Below, piece by piece: positions 29,931 through 39,729 of a stretch of 64,000 bases of DNA (within the stretch, counting starts at the first letter, position 1; each line of letters opens with the position of its first letter). This stretch comes from Bdellovibrionota bacterium. GTDB taxonomy: Bacteria; Bdellovibrionota_C; UBA2361; CALJRW01. The notes beneath the pieces are model-generated. The model saw nothing but the letters and a program-made list of their open reading frames with translations, had not been told where the DNA came from and searched no databases. The translations under genes and the position numbers were made by a program. Where the stretch lies: assembly GCA_041740355.1 (NCBI GenBank), contig JBGSMD010000038.1, forward strand, positions 1 through 64,000, in the 5' to 3' direction.

Positions 29931-31058
29931 CTAATTCACAACTTCAAATCGATCTCCACGGATTTGTTTCATTACAACAGGGAATTGAAAATACTGCCCG
30001 GCCTCCGAATCATTCACATATTTATATGGGCCTGAAGCAACTCCCTCTCTACTGGTTACCTTCGAAAAACTTTTAATAATCTCTCTGCCCATCGGCTTTG
30101 GATTTGCCTGATTAAATAATTCACCAATTGTTAGCGCTAACTCATAAGCTGGAGCTCCAAAAGCTAATTGACTTTCATTCTTGTAAATACTTTTATAATA
30201 ATCAATAAACTTAGGTTTGATATTTATACTAGCAAAGTGAACGCCTTCCATCATTCCTTGACTCGCTTTGATCTCACTCAAACTTTCAAATAAATCTGTA
30301 CCAAAAGTAGGAAGTGAAAAATTATAGTTTTTTGCTTGGCGGTAAAATGTAGAAATTTGACCAACGAACAAAAAAACCCCGATAACATCAAACTTGCTCT
30401 GATTCTTAGTGATCTTAATTAACCTTGTGCGAAAATCAGCTTCTCCATTGGGCAAGCGATCTATTACTTCTAAGGTTTGACCCGGGTGCAAATTCCTTTC
30501 CAAAGCGGAGTTTACTTCTTCTAAGTAAGGATGCTCCGCCAATAAGACACCGATTCTGTTTTTGCCTTGATCACTTAAATACTTTGATTGGACTTGCATA
30601 ATCTCATCCATTTTATTTTTAAAACGAATAACGAATTGTTTATCTCTGGCTACATTTGGATCCAGACAAATGCCAATTAAAGGTATTTTCTTACTTTCGG
30701 CAATGGGAGACAAGGCTTGGCAAAAGGCGACTCCCCATGTCACGACTAAATCTACCTTTTGATAATCCACCATTTGATTAAGTGCGGTAACGGCAGTTTT
30801 GGTGTCAAAAGTTGCATCTTCATAAACCCAAGTTATATTTGTAAATAACTCAGGTCGATCTTTGATCGCAAGATTAATTGAATTCTGGATAGCAATTCCG
30901 TAATCAGCCGCTGTGCCAGTTAGTGGCAAAACTAAGCCAATTTTAAATTTTGGCACTTCTCCCAAAACACTGGAAGTAGCAAAAAAATTAAGCACTAAAA
31001 TTAGAAAGTAAAATTTACACATATAAATATCAAAATAATTAGGGGCAAACGCTATCAT
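29931..31058 (-). CDS. ABC branched-chain amino-acid type substrate-binding protein (no cognate permease here)
   Basis: KIGLVLPLTGTAADYG, YED, DFRT. Confidence 0.85.
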   Translation of the reverse strand: MIAFAPNYFDIYMCKFYFLILVLNFFATSSVLGEVPKFKIGLVLPLTGTAADYGIAIQNSINLAIKDRPELFTNITWVYEDATFDTKTAVTALNQMVDYQKVDLVVTWGVAFCQALSPIAESKKIPLIGICLDPNVARDKQFVIRFKNKMDEIMQVQSKYLSDQGKNRIGVLLAEHPYLEEVNSALERNLHPGQTLEVIDRLPNGEADFRTRLIKITKNQSKFDVIGVFLFVGQISTFYRQAKNYNFSLPTFGTDLFESLSEIKASQGMMEGVHFASINIKPKFIDYYKSIYKNESQLAFGAPAYELALTIGELFNQANPKPMGREIIKSFSKVTSREGVASGPYKYVNDSEAGQYFQFPVVMKQIRGDRFEVVN

Positions 31059-31154
31059 AGTCTAATAACAATTTCAGTAAATTAATGTCATTAATATAAT
31101 AATTAAACGTCTAGTCAGCTTGAAAAACATGTATTGTGGCAAACAATTCGATTT

Positions 31155-31400
31155 ATGACTAACTTAAATACTGAAGATATCAGCAGGATAATTGAAATGG
31201 GCTGGGAAGATCGCACCCCCTTTGAGGCAATTGAAAAACAGTTCAATCTCAAAGAAAAAGAAGTCATTAAATTAATGCGCGCAAACATGACAAGCTCTAG
31301 CTTCAAGATGTGGAGAGAGAGAGTAGCCGGCAGAAAAACTAAACACCTTAAGATACGTAATTTTATTTTTGGACGATTTAAATCTGCGAACCAGAAATAA
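31155..31400 (+). CDS. TIGR03643/DUF2805 family protein
   Basis: RIIEMGWEDRTPFEAI, SFKMWRERVAGRKTKH. Confidence 0.9.
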   Translation: MTNLNTEDISRIIEMGWEDRTPFEAIEKQFNLKEKEVIKLMRANMTSSSFKMWRERVAGRKTKHLKIRNFIFGRFKSANQK

Positions 31401-31571
31401 TTAATAGACTATGGCTCGTACTTTTCTAAGATTTTCTTTATTAAGGTGAAGATAATAAAATGGCACATAATAACAAGAATATAGTTATATTATCTATAAG
31501 GCAATAGTTCAGCAGTCTTCATTACTGGATACTTAATTGATTGACCCCTCTAGCCCGCCTAATTCATCAGT

Positions 31572-31602
31572 GATGAGGATGAAATAAAATTTCATCCTCA
31601 TC
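31572..31602. repeat. Perfect 14-bp stem palindrome
   Basis: GATGAGGATGAAAT-AAA-ATTTCATCCTCATC. Confidence 0.7.
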
Positions 31603-31611
31603 CCGATGACT

Positions 31612-31757
31612 TAGAGTTATTAAAAAAATCATTTCCAAATATTGAAAAAATGAGTTTGCGATTTCTTGTCGTAACTATATGATTTTGTTGTCCCTCTAGG
31701 GAATAGTAAGTTCCAAAAAGTTCTTCTCCCCGGAGACTACTTTTTGGACTCACTATA
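31612..31757 (-). mobile_element. MITE family A copy A7 (diverged)
   Basis: Ends TTTTTGGACTCACTATA; reverse match to family A. Confidence 0.78.
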
Positions 31758-31857
31758 GATACCTACCCCCCAAGATATTTATTAATGACTAATAGCTGTT
31801 TTCAGATTATGCTTTAAGTATACAGATATTTTTACCTTTCGATTTAAAGCAAAACTG

Positions 31858-32238
31858 ATGAATAGATATTTCCTATCAATGATTGTTTTATTAGTACTGA
31901 GCACAACCCAAGTGCAATCTCAAGAACTGTGTCGCGATTCAAGCCAAGAAAGTAGCTATGCTAATTGTGTAATAAATCAAGGTTTTATTGGCTGCCAAAC
32001 GGAAAGCCCTACTTGCGATTACTACGACTATTACGTCACCCCTCGGGATGTAGTCTCAAAAATGATCGTTCAATGCTGCCTACCAAGTCTTACAAATAGC
32101 CAACAGAAAACATGTTTTCGAAATAAACTTCGCGAAGTTAGATTAGCAAAAGCTATTCCTCAAAGACTGCGCCAGCAGACACGCCTAATAGTCAATAATT
32201 ACATAGCGGATCCCGAAGTGTTTTGCACCGAGCGCTAA
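31858..32238 (+). CDS. Secreted Cys-containing hypothetical protein
   Basis: Signal peptide, 8 Cys. Confidence 0.65.
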   Translation: MNRYFLSMIVLLVLSTTQVQSQELCRDSSQESSYANCVINQGFIGCQTESPTCDYYDYYVTPRDVVSKMIVQCCLPSLTNSQQKTCFRNKLREVRLAKAIPQRLRQQTRLIVNNYIADPEVFCTER

Positions 32239-32436
32239 CTGGCTCCTAAAAAATAAGTCTGAGATTTAATATAATATCTATATGCAGAAGACCCCTGTTG
32301 TTAGGACAAACTAAGTTGATTATTAGTCAGTTGTTAAAGAATTAAAATATTAAACGATACCTTACCTAAGAGGCTATTTCTAAATTGGTTGAATTATAAA
32401 GTTTAATCAAAATAACTCCTTGATGTGAAATAAAAG

Positions 32437-32805
32437 TTAGGCCTCTTTTGATTTAAGACTTAACTCGTCATAAAGGTTGCATGCGATTCGGGAGATACGT
32501 AAATCAAGTTTTTTGCTGCGACGAAATTGATCCGTAATAGTCAAAAAATATGCCCCATGAGAAGCACCCACATTAAACCCAATTTCATACTTGTAACCAC
32601 TATCCTCAGTAACATAGCAATGTTTTAAAGTATCCTCAGATACTTGAAGTGAAGTCCAACTTTTAACTTTAACTAAATCTTCAGTTTTTTTGAGAAAAGA
32701 TTCCTGTTCAGGTGTAAGCCTAAGTCGCTCGCCAAGCTCCGTACTAAATGATTGATCGTAGAGTGCTCGTAAATGCATCCTGAAACTAGACGGCATGGTT
32801 GGCAT
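32437..32805 (-). CDS. Hypothetical protein
   Basis: 122-aa ORF filling the gap; no recognisable motif. Confidence 0.5.
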   Translation of the reverse strand: MPTMPSSFRMHLRALYDQSFSTELGERLRLTPEQESFLKKTEDLVKVKSWTSLQVSEDTLKHCYVTEDSGYKYEIGFNVGASHGAYFLTITDQFRRSKKLDLRISRIACNLYDELSLKSKEA

Positions 32806-33025
32806 AAATGTCCTAATTCCATCTCCAGGAGGACGGAACTTACTGTTGGTGAGTCCATATTACGTCACTAAAAGGACGCACTAGTAAGATAGTAATTCAG
32901 CAAATTAACAGCTATAAACCTAATGAATTAGTGAAAAGTTCGGGCTATGTTAATACCAATTCCTAACTTTGTAGAAGCCAAATATTCATTGACTAACAGT
33001 CATTACTTGTTATATTTGCCTAAGC

Positions 33026-33065
33026 GCATCTTATTAATAGAATAGAGCATCTTATTAATAGAATA
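33026..33065 (+). repeat. 19-bp direct repeat upstream of the 33081 gene
   Basis: GCATCTTATTAATAGAATA x2, period 21. Confidence 0.7.
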
Positions 33066-33080
33066 TAATACAATCAAAAT

Positions 33081-34523
33081 ATGGAAAAAAAACGCCAACT
33101 CCCAACCTTCTTACTTATCGGATTATTATTATTGCTTGTTGGTGTCCCGTCTCTTAAAAGTTTGTTTAAGCGTAGCTCATTCCCTGAAAATCTCTTATTA
33201 AATTCTCAAGACTATCAAGAGAGTCCTGTTACAATTGAACTTCCTGCAGATGCCGTCAAATATAGACTCTTCGATCAAGACTTTAACAGTCTGAATGTCC
33301 GCAGTTTGGTTGCAAAGCTTATTAAGGCTCATGCCGAAAAGTTGGAAAGTGAGAATGAACAAGAAAAATTCTACCTTCTAAATAAGGTTCCAGGAACTGG
33401 CAAATTTAAACCTTTTAAAAATTTAACTAAGATTAAAGTAACAAAAGAAGGTGCTGTTTATGGAATAAGTCCTAAACGAGGAAAGGAAACTTTACTTTAT
33501 AATTTCAATCATCCGGCGTTTTTTGATATTAAAAAGATAAAAGAAATTGCCAATAAAAAGATTGTCAAAAAGAATGGTAACTTATTAGAATTAGAATTTA
33601 TTTCAGATAACTCATCTACAGAAGCCTATCCTACCTTGGGGATTAAAACGATAATTGTGGTTTTCTATGATACAGAGAACATCCCACTTAGTAATGCGGT
33701 TGAGATTCCATTAGAAGAGGAAGCCTTTGCAGAAAGTAGACAAATACCAGTCCCTTCTCCGGAACCTTCTCCGGAACCTTCTCCGGAAGAATCTCCTTCA
33801 CCTTCACCTTCACCTTCACCCGAGGATGGTAAACATCTTGCATGTGTCGACTTTTATTGTCAGAAAGTTGATGGCGAAGGAGCCGATACTTGTAATGACG
33901 GCAATGGCAACGGACTTCCAGAATGTAGCCACCGAGCATGCGTTGGAAGAGTTTGCGAGCGTGTGGATGGTGGTGGGGAGGATGAATGTGTAAGTAGCCA
34001 AGGCGAGTGCTTTCATAAAAAGTGTGTCGTCGAAAACGGTCAAGATATTTGTAAAGAATTTGATGGTCCAGGGGAGATGGCATGCCTTGGTAATTTTCAA
34101 TGCAGGCAGAGAGCAACTCCGACTCCATCAGTAACTCCTTCAATGACTCCAACACCGACTCCTTCAGTGAGTCCAACGCCGACTTCAACGCCAACGCCTA
34201 GCCCAACACCTAGCCATTTAGCATGCGAAAATAAACGCTGTGTTCTTGTAGAAGGTGCTGGTGAAGATTTATGTGAAACTAGCGAAGGTGATTGCTTTCA
34301 TACTGACTGTGTTACTGAACCCGATCCAAACTATCCGACAATGCCGGGAATCGGAAAAATTCCTAAAACTGTTAAGAAGTGTAGGGAGATTGCTGGGCCA
34401 GGCCAATCGTATTGTAGCAACGATCAACACTGTAATCCACTTCCATCTCCATCTCCATCTCCATCTCCATCTCCATCTCCACTGGCGGATGATGACTACA
34501 TCGATTCGATTTATGATCGCTAA
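33081..34523 (+). CDS. Membrane-anchored protein with five Cys-rich repeats and Pro/Ser/Thr linkers
   Basis: N-terminal TM; repeats H-x2-C-xn-C-x4-G-x-G-x3-C-xn-C; (PS)n and (PT)n linkers. Confidence 0.8.
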   Translation: MEKKRQLPTFLLIGLLLLLVGVPSLKSLFKRSSFPENLLLNSQDYQESPVTIELPADAVKYRLFDQDFNSLNVRSLVAKLIKAHAEKLESENEQEKFYLLNKVPGTGKFKPFKNLTKIKVTKEGAVYGISPKRGKETLLYNFNHPAFFDIKKIKEIANKKIVKKNGNLLELEFISDNSSTEAYPTLGIKTIIVVFYDTENIPLSNAVEIPLEEEAFAESRQIPVPSPEPSPEPSPEESPSPSPSPSPEDGKHLACVDFYCQKVDGEGADTCNDGNGNGLPECSHRACVGRVCERVDGGGEDECVSSQGECFHKKCVVENGQDICKEFDGPGEMACLGNFQCRQRATPTPSVTPSMTPTPTPSVSPTPTSTPTPSPTPSHLACENKRCVLVEGAGEDLCETSEGDCFHTDCVTEPDPNYPTMPGIGKIPKTVKKCREIAGPGQSYCSNDQHCNPLPSPSPSPSPSPSPLADDDYIDSIYDR

Positions 34524-34696
34524 TAAAATAAGTTCAGCCTTTCGATTCTGAGTCAAGGCGCATGCCTTGGCTCAGCTAAAAAGCAGTCAAAGATGCAGTC
34601 CCATCTATCTAAAATGTTGTATAGGCGCTCAATTTTTGGAATGAATTCTTTAGCTAGTAAAGTAAAACTATTCTAGACCAGAGAATAACCTCCTTA

Positions 34697-35520
34697 CCGG
34701 GAATCCTCGAAATTCCTAAAACTGTTACGAAATGTAAGGAGATTGATGGGCCAGGCGTATCGTTATGTAGCAACGATCAACACTGTATGCCAGATCCTAC
34801 ACCATCTACATCTCCTACTCCAACTGCGACTCCAATAGAGGAAGATCCTTCACCTGATCGACCAACAGAGGAAGATCCTTCGCCGGATCAGGAAGATAAT
34901 CGTCCATCTCATCAAAAGAGGTCTAAAAATAATCCGCTTTTTGAACTTAATTCTGCTATGGCCAATGTTGATGTTCTGGCATTAGCTAAGGCCTCAGTTG
35001 CTAATCAAGGTATCCGTCTTGGATCTGCCGATGCCCCAGTCAAAGTTGAAGTGTTTCATGACTTGAAGTGTGGAATGTGTGGGTATTGGTTTCAGGATAT
35101 CCTTCCTAAGCTAAGAGCAGTTTACGTTGTAAAAGGAGATATTCAATTTAGCTTTATAGATGATCCATTAATAATGAGAGAGCCAGGAATAACATTAGCC
35201 TCAGCAACCTTCTGCGCCGGAGATCCGAATAAATATTTGGCATATGCCCATAAAATCTATGCTGACATGAAAACAAGCGACACAAGTAAAGTTGATCAAT
35301 ATACTAAAGATTTGAATTTAAATTTGCCGATTTTTAAAAAATGTCTAGCTGACAAGGGAAAAATTAATCAACTAAATGCTAACGTAAAACGAGCTTCGGA
35401 AGAAAATATCAATGGCACACCAATGTTTTTGTTAATGGTAAATTAATCAAAGGGGCACAACCGACAGAAGTTTTCAGAGGGGCTTTCCAAAGTGAACTAA
35501 AGGAGCTTCCCCAATTATAA
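34697..35520 (+). pseudogene. DsbA-like thioredoxin-fold protein, 5'-truncated and frameshifted near the 3' end
   Basis: LGSADAPVKVEVFHDLKCGMC; GTP then T5 run at 35426-35430, where one extra T restores MFFVNGKLIKGAQP...; upstream in-frame Cys module has no start codon. Confidence 0.75.
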
Positions 35521-35539
35521 ATAAACGAGCATCAGGAAA

Positions 35540-35685
35540 TATAGTAAGCCCAGAAAGTAATTTCCAATAGGAATTACTTTCTGGGGCTTACTATCCCCCG
35601 GAGGGATAATAAAATCATATAGTTATGATAAAAATCACAAAACTAACTTTTGAATATTCGGAAATTAGTTTTTGTCATAACTATA
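35540..35685 (+). mobile_element. MITE family A copy A8
   Basis: TATAGTAAGCCCAGAAAGT...ACTTTCTGGGGCTTACTAT...TTTTTGTCATAACTATA. Confidence 0.88.
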
Positions 35686-35691
35686 AACATT

Positions 35692-36147
35692 TTATATCTC
35701 TGCTTGATTTTTAAAACTGTTTTCTGTCTTACATCCAGCAAGGACGTCGTGTGAAGTTACTGATAACACAAGATATTGGGATACTATATAGAATAATGTT
35801 TCTGCAATAAGATAAGGGTATCCTCCGTAGTTTTCGAGCCCGGTAAAAATAAGTGCCACAATTCTAAATGTCACAAGACTCCCATATAAAACTACCGAGA
35901 ATAACAAGACATCCTTAGTTAAATTTTCTTTAAAAAGCCCACAGCTAAATACAACACATAACGCAAACTCTAATCCCCCATAAACTGTAATAAACTCGAC
36001 TAAACCTTTTTGATCGAGTAACTCAATGCCAAGTGCGCCCGCAGCTTCTGCCGGATAAAATGAACAATAGCTACTAAACCCCAAATACATTAAGGCATTA
36101 AGGATCAGAAAACTTTTAACAAAATACTTGAGATAAGTTTTTCCCAT
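35692..36147 (-). CDS. DUF4345-like membrane protein
   Basis: EFITVYGGLE motif, 4 TM segments. Confidence 0.7.
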   Translation of the reverse strand: MGKTYLKYFVKSFLILNALMYLGFSSYCSFYPAEAAGALGIELLDQKGLVEFITVYGGLEFALCVVFSCGLFKENLTKDVLLFSVVLYGSLVTFRIVALIFTGLENYGGYPYLIAETLFYIVSQYLVLSVTSHDVLAGCKTENSFKNQAEI

Positions 36148-36378
36148 ACAAAGTCTAAAAATCCTATAAAATTTTATTATTATAATAAGTAATAATAGTA
36201 GACAAAAAATTTAGCGCTTATGATTCAGATCATAGAACGACACTAGTCCTATGTTGGTATTCAGAAATATTATTTATAGTCAAAAAACCATCAATATCTG
36301 GGATTATACTTTTAATTCGATTAATTGATATTTGTAAATAAATTACTTTTGTTACTAAGTTTTTTAATAAGTATACAT

Positions 36379-36513
36379 ATGAAAAGCAAAGACCAACTAC
36401 TAATGGCTATAATTGATAACTTAACTTCTCCCGAAAAAGAAAAGGAATTTGTTCGGGTTGTCCTAACTTTTAAGGAAGATGGGCGTCCCGAATACTTAAA
36501 ACGGATCAAGTAG
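36379..36513 (+). CDS. Small hypothetical protein (44 aa)
   Basis: MKSKDQLLMAIIDNLTSPEKEKEF; plausible composition only. Confidence 0.35.
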   Translation: MKSKDQLLMAIIDNLTSPEKEKEFVRVVLTFKEDGRPEYLKRIK

Positions 36514-36675
36514 TATCAGCATTATTTTTCTTGCAGATTAAATCTTACTGAATTTTATCCTAATAGGTAATATTAAAAACTATCATTTATTTTAAGGTAT
36601 TTTTTTATCCTTAAGTCACTGAGTATGATCAAGATCATTCTCAACTGCTGATTAGCTTGTTAAAAATAATAGAAA

Positions 36676-36933
36676 TATAGTAATGACAAGAAATAATTTA
36701 CTGCCTGCCTAGCCGAAGCTTCAGCGAAGGCTGGTTAGTAAATTGAACAGAGTCATTACGGCTAATGCAAATCTTGGATTTCCACCTTCGCTTCCACCTT
36801 CGCTAAAGCTTCGGCGGACAAGAAAGCTATGGCGGACAAGTATCCAAGTTTGCATAGCTAAAAACAACATACATAGTGAGTCCAAGCAAAATCGTTAGTT
36901 TTTTAAAATAATTTAATTTTTGGACTCACTATA
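36676..36933 (-). mobile_element. MITE family B copy B3 with 32-nt and nested 2x30-nt inserts
   Basis: Colinear with B2 except inserts at 36702-36733 and 36781-36840. Confidence 0.88.
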
Positions 36934-37015
36934 AACAATATTAAAATTGTTTTATGACTATCATTAGATGCTACACTCTAATATAATTAACTAGTTTTAA
37001 TTTTCGGTAATTGCA

Positions 37016-37378
37016 ATGAAATATTTATTGAGTACATTATTCTTACTTGCTTTAAGTAATTCTTTAGCTGCTCAAAGTGATGTTTTCCCAGATCCGAGTG
37101 CGCCTGAGAATAATATCAATTCTTTATCTATAGAAATGAACCCAAGCTGGTTAAAGTGTGTCGAAGACATTGACTGTACGCTTGTCCAGAGCAGCTGCCA
37201 AAAGTGGCTTCCAGTTGGAAGGGAAAGTATTACCGACTATCAAGGATATTTGACTAAAACTCCGGAAGATTGTTCAAATGTAATAAAAGATTTAACGAAA
37301 CCAGAAGTTAAATGTGTTGATCAGATTTGTCGAGCTGATGGCACAATGGAGGCTCCAACTAGTGAAATGTTGAATTAG
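37016..37378 (+). CDS. Secreted Cys-containing hypothetical protein
   Basis: Signal peptide; C-x4-C-x6-C ... C-x4-C. Confidence 0.7.
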   Translation: MKYLLSTLFLLALSNSLAAQSDVFPDPSAPENNINSLSIEMNPSWLKCVEDIDCTLVQSSCQKWLPVGRESITDYQGYLTKTPEDCSNVIKDLTKPEVKCVDQICRADGTMEAPTSEMLN

Positions 37379-37561
37379 TGCCTTTATATTAATAGATTTA
37401 AGCATATTAAAAGACTCTAACTCTGCTTAGAGGGAAGACAAGGATTTGTTATCAATGGCACATAAACATACTCAATGTAATCTCTAGCCAAATGCTTGGA
37501 GTAATATTTTTCACGACATAAAATATCTGCTTTTTTTGTTAGCGGCCCACATAGTTTTGAA

Positions 37562-37783
37562 TTAGTTAGTAGTCATTTCAAAGCATCGGCCATTTGGGAC
37601 AGTATTATCAAGTTCTACTAGCAATCCGGTCTCTTGATCTTTAATATATTCCGAAACTCCCCAAACGTTATTAGCCACGACAGGAATGCGCATCAAAATT
37701 GCTTCCATTGCGGAACGACCTAAGGCTTCAAATAGAGGTCTAAGACGGGAACAATGAGGAGACAAAGACTTTGCCAGATTCAA
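37562..37783 (-). pseudogene. Glycosyltransferase family 4 C-terminal fragment
   Basis: EALGRSAMEA..IPVVANNVWGVSEYIKDQETGLLV only. Confidence 0.7.
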
Positions 37784-38000
37784 TTAATTCTTGATATATT
37801 GTAAAATGTTAACTATTCAAGTTTGCTGTCCTTAGTCAATTAAAGGCCTAATAAATTAAAGAATTATTTCAAGAAATCTAGTGAGAGGCATGATCTTGAT
37901 TTTACTGGATTTAAGCTGATTGTTAGCAGGTAGAGTTTAAGTTATCTCGTAATTAAGACCCAAATTCTCACAGTTTAATCTAATCATTCATAACTATCTT

Positions 38001-38525
38001 GTGCCTCAAGAACTAAACAAATCCAACATTACTCAAACAGATAGCCGAATATTAATTTGTCGTGGCAAAGATGATTTAATAAAATCTGAAATCAGTGCTA
38101 ATTTCCACAAATTAACCATCCAGCCACCAAAAAGTTTTTCTTTCCACTTTAGTATTGGAATTGCAAGTATCATCCTTGCCTCACTACAAGATCCAAACCA
38201 ACAAGTACAGGTGATCTATGGCAAAGATAGAGATGTACCTGTTGGCTATGCTCATATAATTTTAAACCCTCAAACTCGAAATGCTGAAATTAAGCTCATT
38301 GAAACTTTTAAAAAAAGAGATGGCTATGGCAGCCTATTACTTACTAACATTAAAGAACTAGATGTTGACCAACTAAATGCTACTGTTTACAAAAAGCCCA
38401 ATCCAGAATTGTTTCCTTTAAAAATAGATTTTTACAAAAAGAATGGTTTTATTCCTTCGAAAATTAAACCAAATTCGATCACATTTACGTGGAATCGAAG
38501 ACAAGAAGAATCACTTACAACTTAG
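38001..38525 (+). CDS. GNAT-like acetyltransferase
   Basis: KRDGYGSLLL (motif A), FYKKNGF. Confidence 0.65.
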   Translation: MPQELNKSNITQTDSRILICRGKDDLIKSEISANFHKLTIQPPKSFSFHFSIGIASIILASLQDPNQQVQVIYGKDRDVPVGYAHIILNPQTRNAEIKLIETFKKRDGYGSLLLTNIKELDVDQLNATVYKKPNPELFPLKIDFYKKNGFIPSKIKPNSITFTWNRRQEESLTT

Positions 38526-38800
38526 CTCTGAATCTTTATTCGTGTAATTACTTATCAACTATCTGCAAGACAAAAATCACTAAGCACTACTTAATGGTTT
38601 CATTTTTTTGGGAAGGACGTCAAAGTTCTAATCTTGATGAACTTATGTTTAATATTAAAATTTAAATCTTATGCGCGAAAATTTACTTTCGCAGAACTGT
38701 TCCAGAGCTAAGATGCTTTAATCAATAATATTCGCTATGACTTATTTAATAATCATGTATTCATTTAGGGGGGAGTAATTACTCCTAAAACTCTTCTCGA

Positions 38801-39409
38801 TCAGAGAATGCAACGCGCATTTTTAATCGTATTAGGAAGATAGTCCGTGGTAATAGTTCCATTATTTTCCTCGTTAGTAGAAAAAGTGGAAGTATATCGA
38901 TAAAATATCGCTACACCTGGAGGAAATGGGGCAATTCGGAGGTTACTTCCAGTACCATTACAATGAAAGGCTGTCACATACTTAAATCCACCAGGTCCTC
39001 CAGCTGAGGAAGTTCCTCCTACTACAATACTTAATGATAATACTACTTTTAAAGGATGCGAGTAGCCGGGCAGATAGTTATTAATAACAGTCAAATCTGT
39101 GCTACTGCAGGCCGGAGTTGCATTAGTGCTTGTGCATGAAGCAGCACCACTTGGATTAAAGGTAAAGTTTACAGTAGCAACAGCGGGTGGATTGTTTTGC
39201 TTAATCGGTGGCATTGCCTCAAAGGATATCCGCATATTATTTATGGCAGAAATGGCATAGGTATCATAGACACGAGCTTTATAATCATTATAGTTTGACA
39301 CTGATAGACTCGCGAGTATCCCTAAGATGGTAACTGTCACCAATAATTCAACTAGACTAAATCCTTGGTTTGATTTCAAAACTATTATTGATTTTACATC
39401 TTGATACAT
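38801..39409 (-). CDS. Type IV pilin-like protein
   Basis: GFSLVELLVTVTILGILA prepilin cleavage/methylation motif. Confidence 0.9.
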   Translation of the reverse strand: MYQDVKSIIVLKSNQGFSLVELLVTVTILGILASLSVSNYNDYKARVYDTYAISAINNMRISFEAMPPIKQNNPPAVATVNFTFNPSGAASCTSTNATPACSSTDLTVINNYLPGYSHPLKVVLSLSIVVGGTSSAGGPGGFKYVTAFHCNGTGSNLRIAPFPPGVAIFYRYTSTFSTNEENNGTITTDYLPNTIKNARCIL

Positions 39410-39729
39410 ATTGATACTATTCTCACATTTTTACTTATAGAATACTAGCTAAGGTCCTTTTTTATTTATTAGGAACCAGCAATCCAAGCTTCTTGCTGAT
39501 CTAGAGAGAGTACAAAATGAGTTGTATTATGGAATTTATTTTTTGAAGAGTCAGTGGATAGCAAGGTTTGAATACCAAACAAAACATTGATACTCAAACC
39601 AAAAGGGATTCCGAAAAGAATTTCAGAAGTTACTTTATGTCATTACGAGAGATCTTTTATCTTAAGCTTCTAATATCGAATCTTAGTTAAAGATAGAAAT
39701 AAACAAGCAAATTTTTTAAAAATCTTTAC

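Noticed and set aside
34441-34480. (TCCATC)n microsatellite and the WRWRWR/HLHLHL ORFs
   Set aside because: Encodes the in-frame Pro-Ser linker; alternative-frame ORFs are shadows; a unit of 6 cannot phase-shift.
1-36933. Repeated hairpin elements as a CRISPR array or integron attC sites
   Set aside because: Dispersed, both orientations, no regular spacers, no cas or intI, no RYYYAAC/GTTRRRY cores; they flank housekeeping genes.
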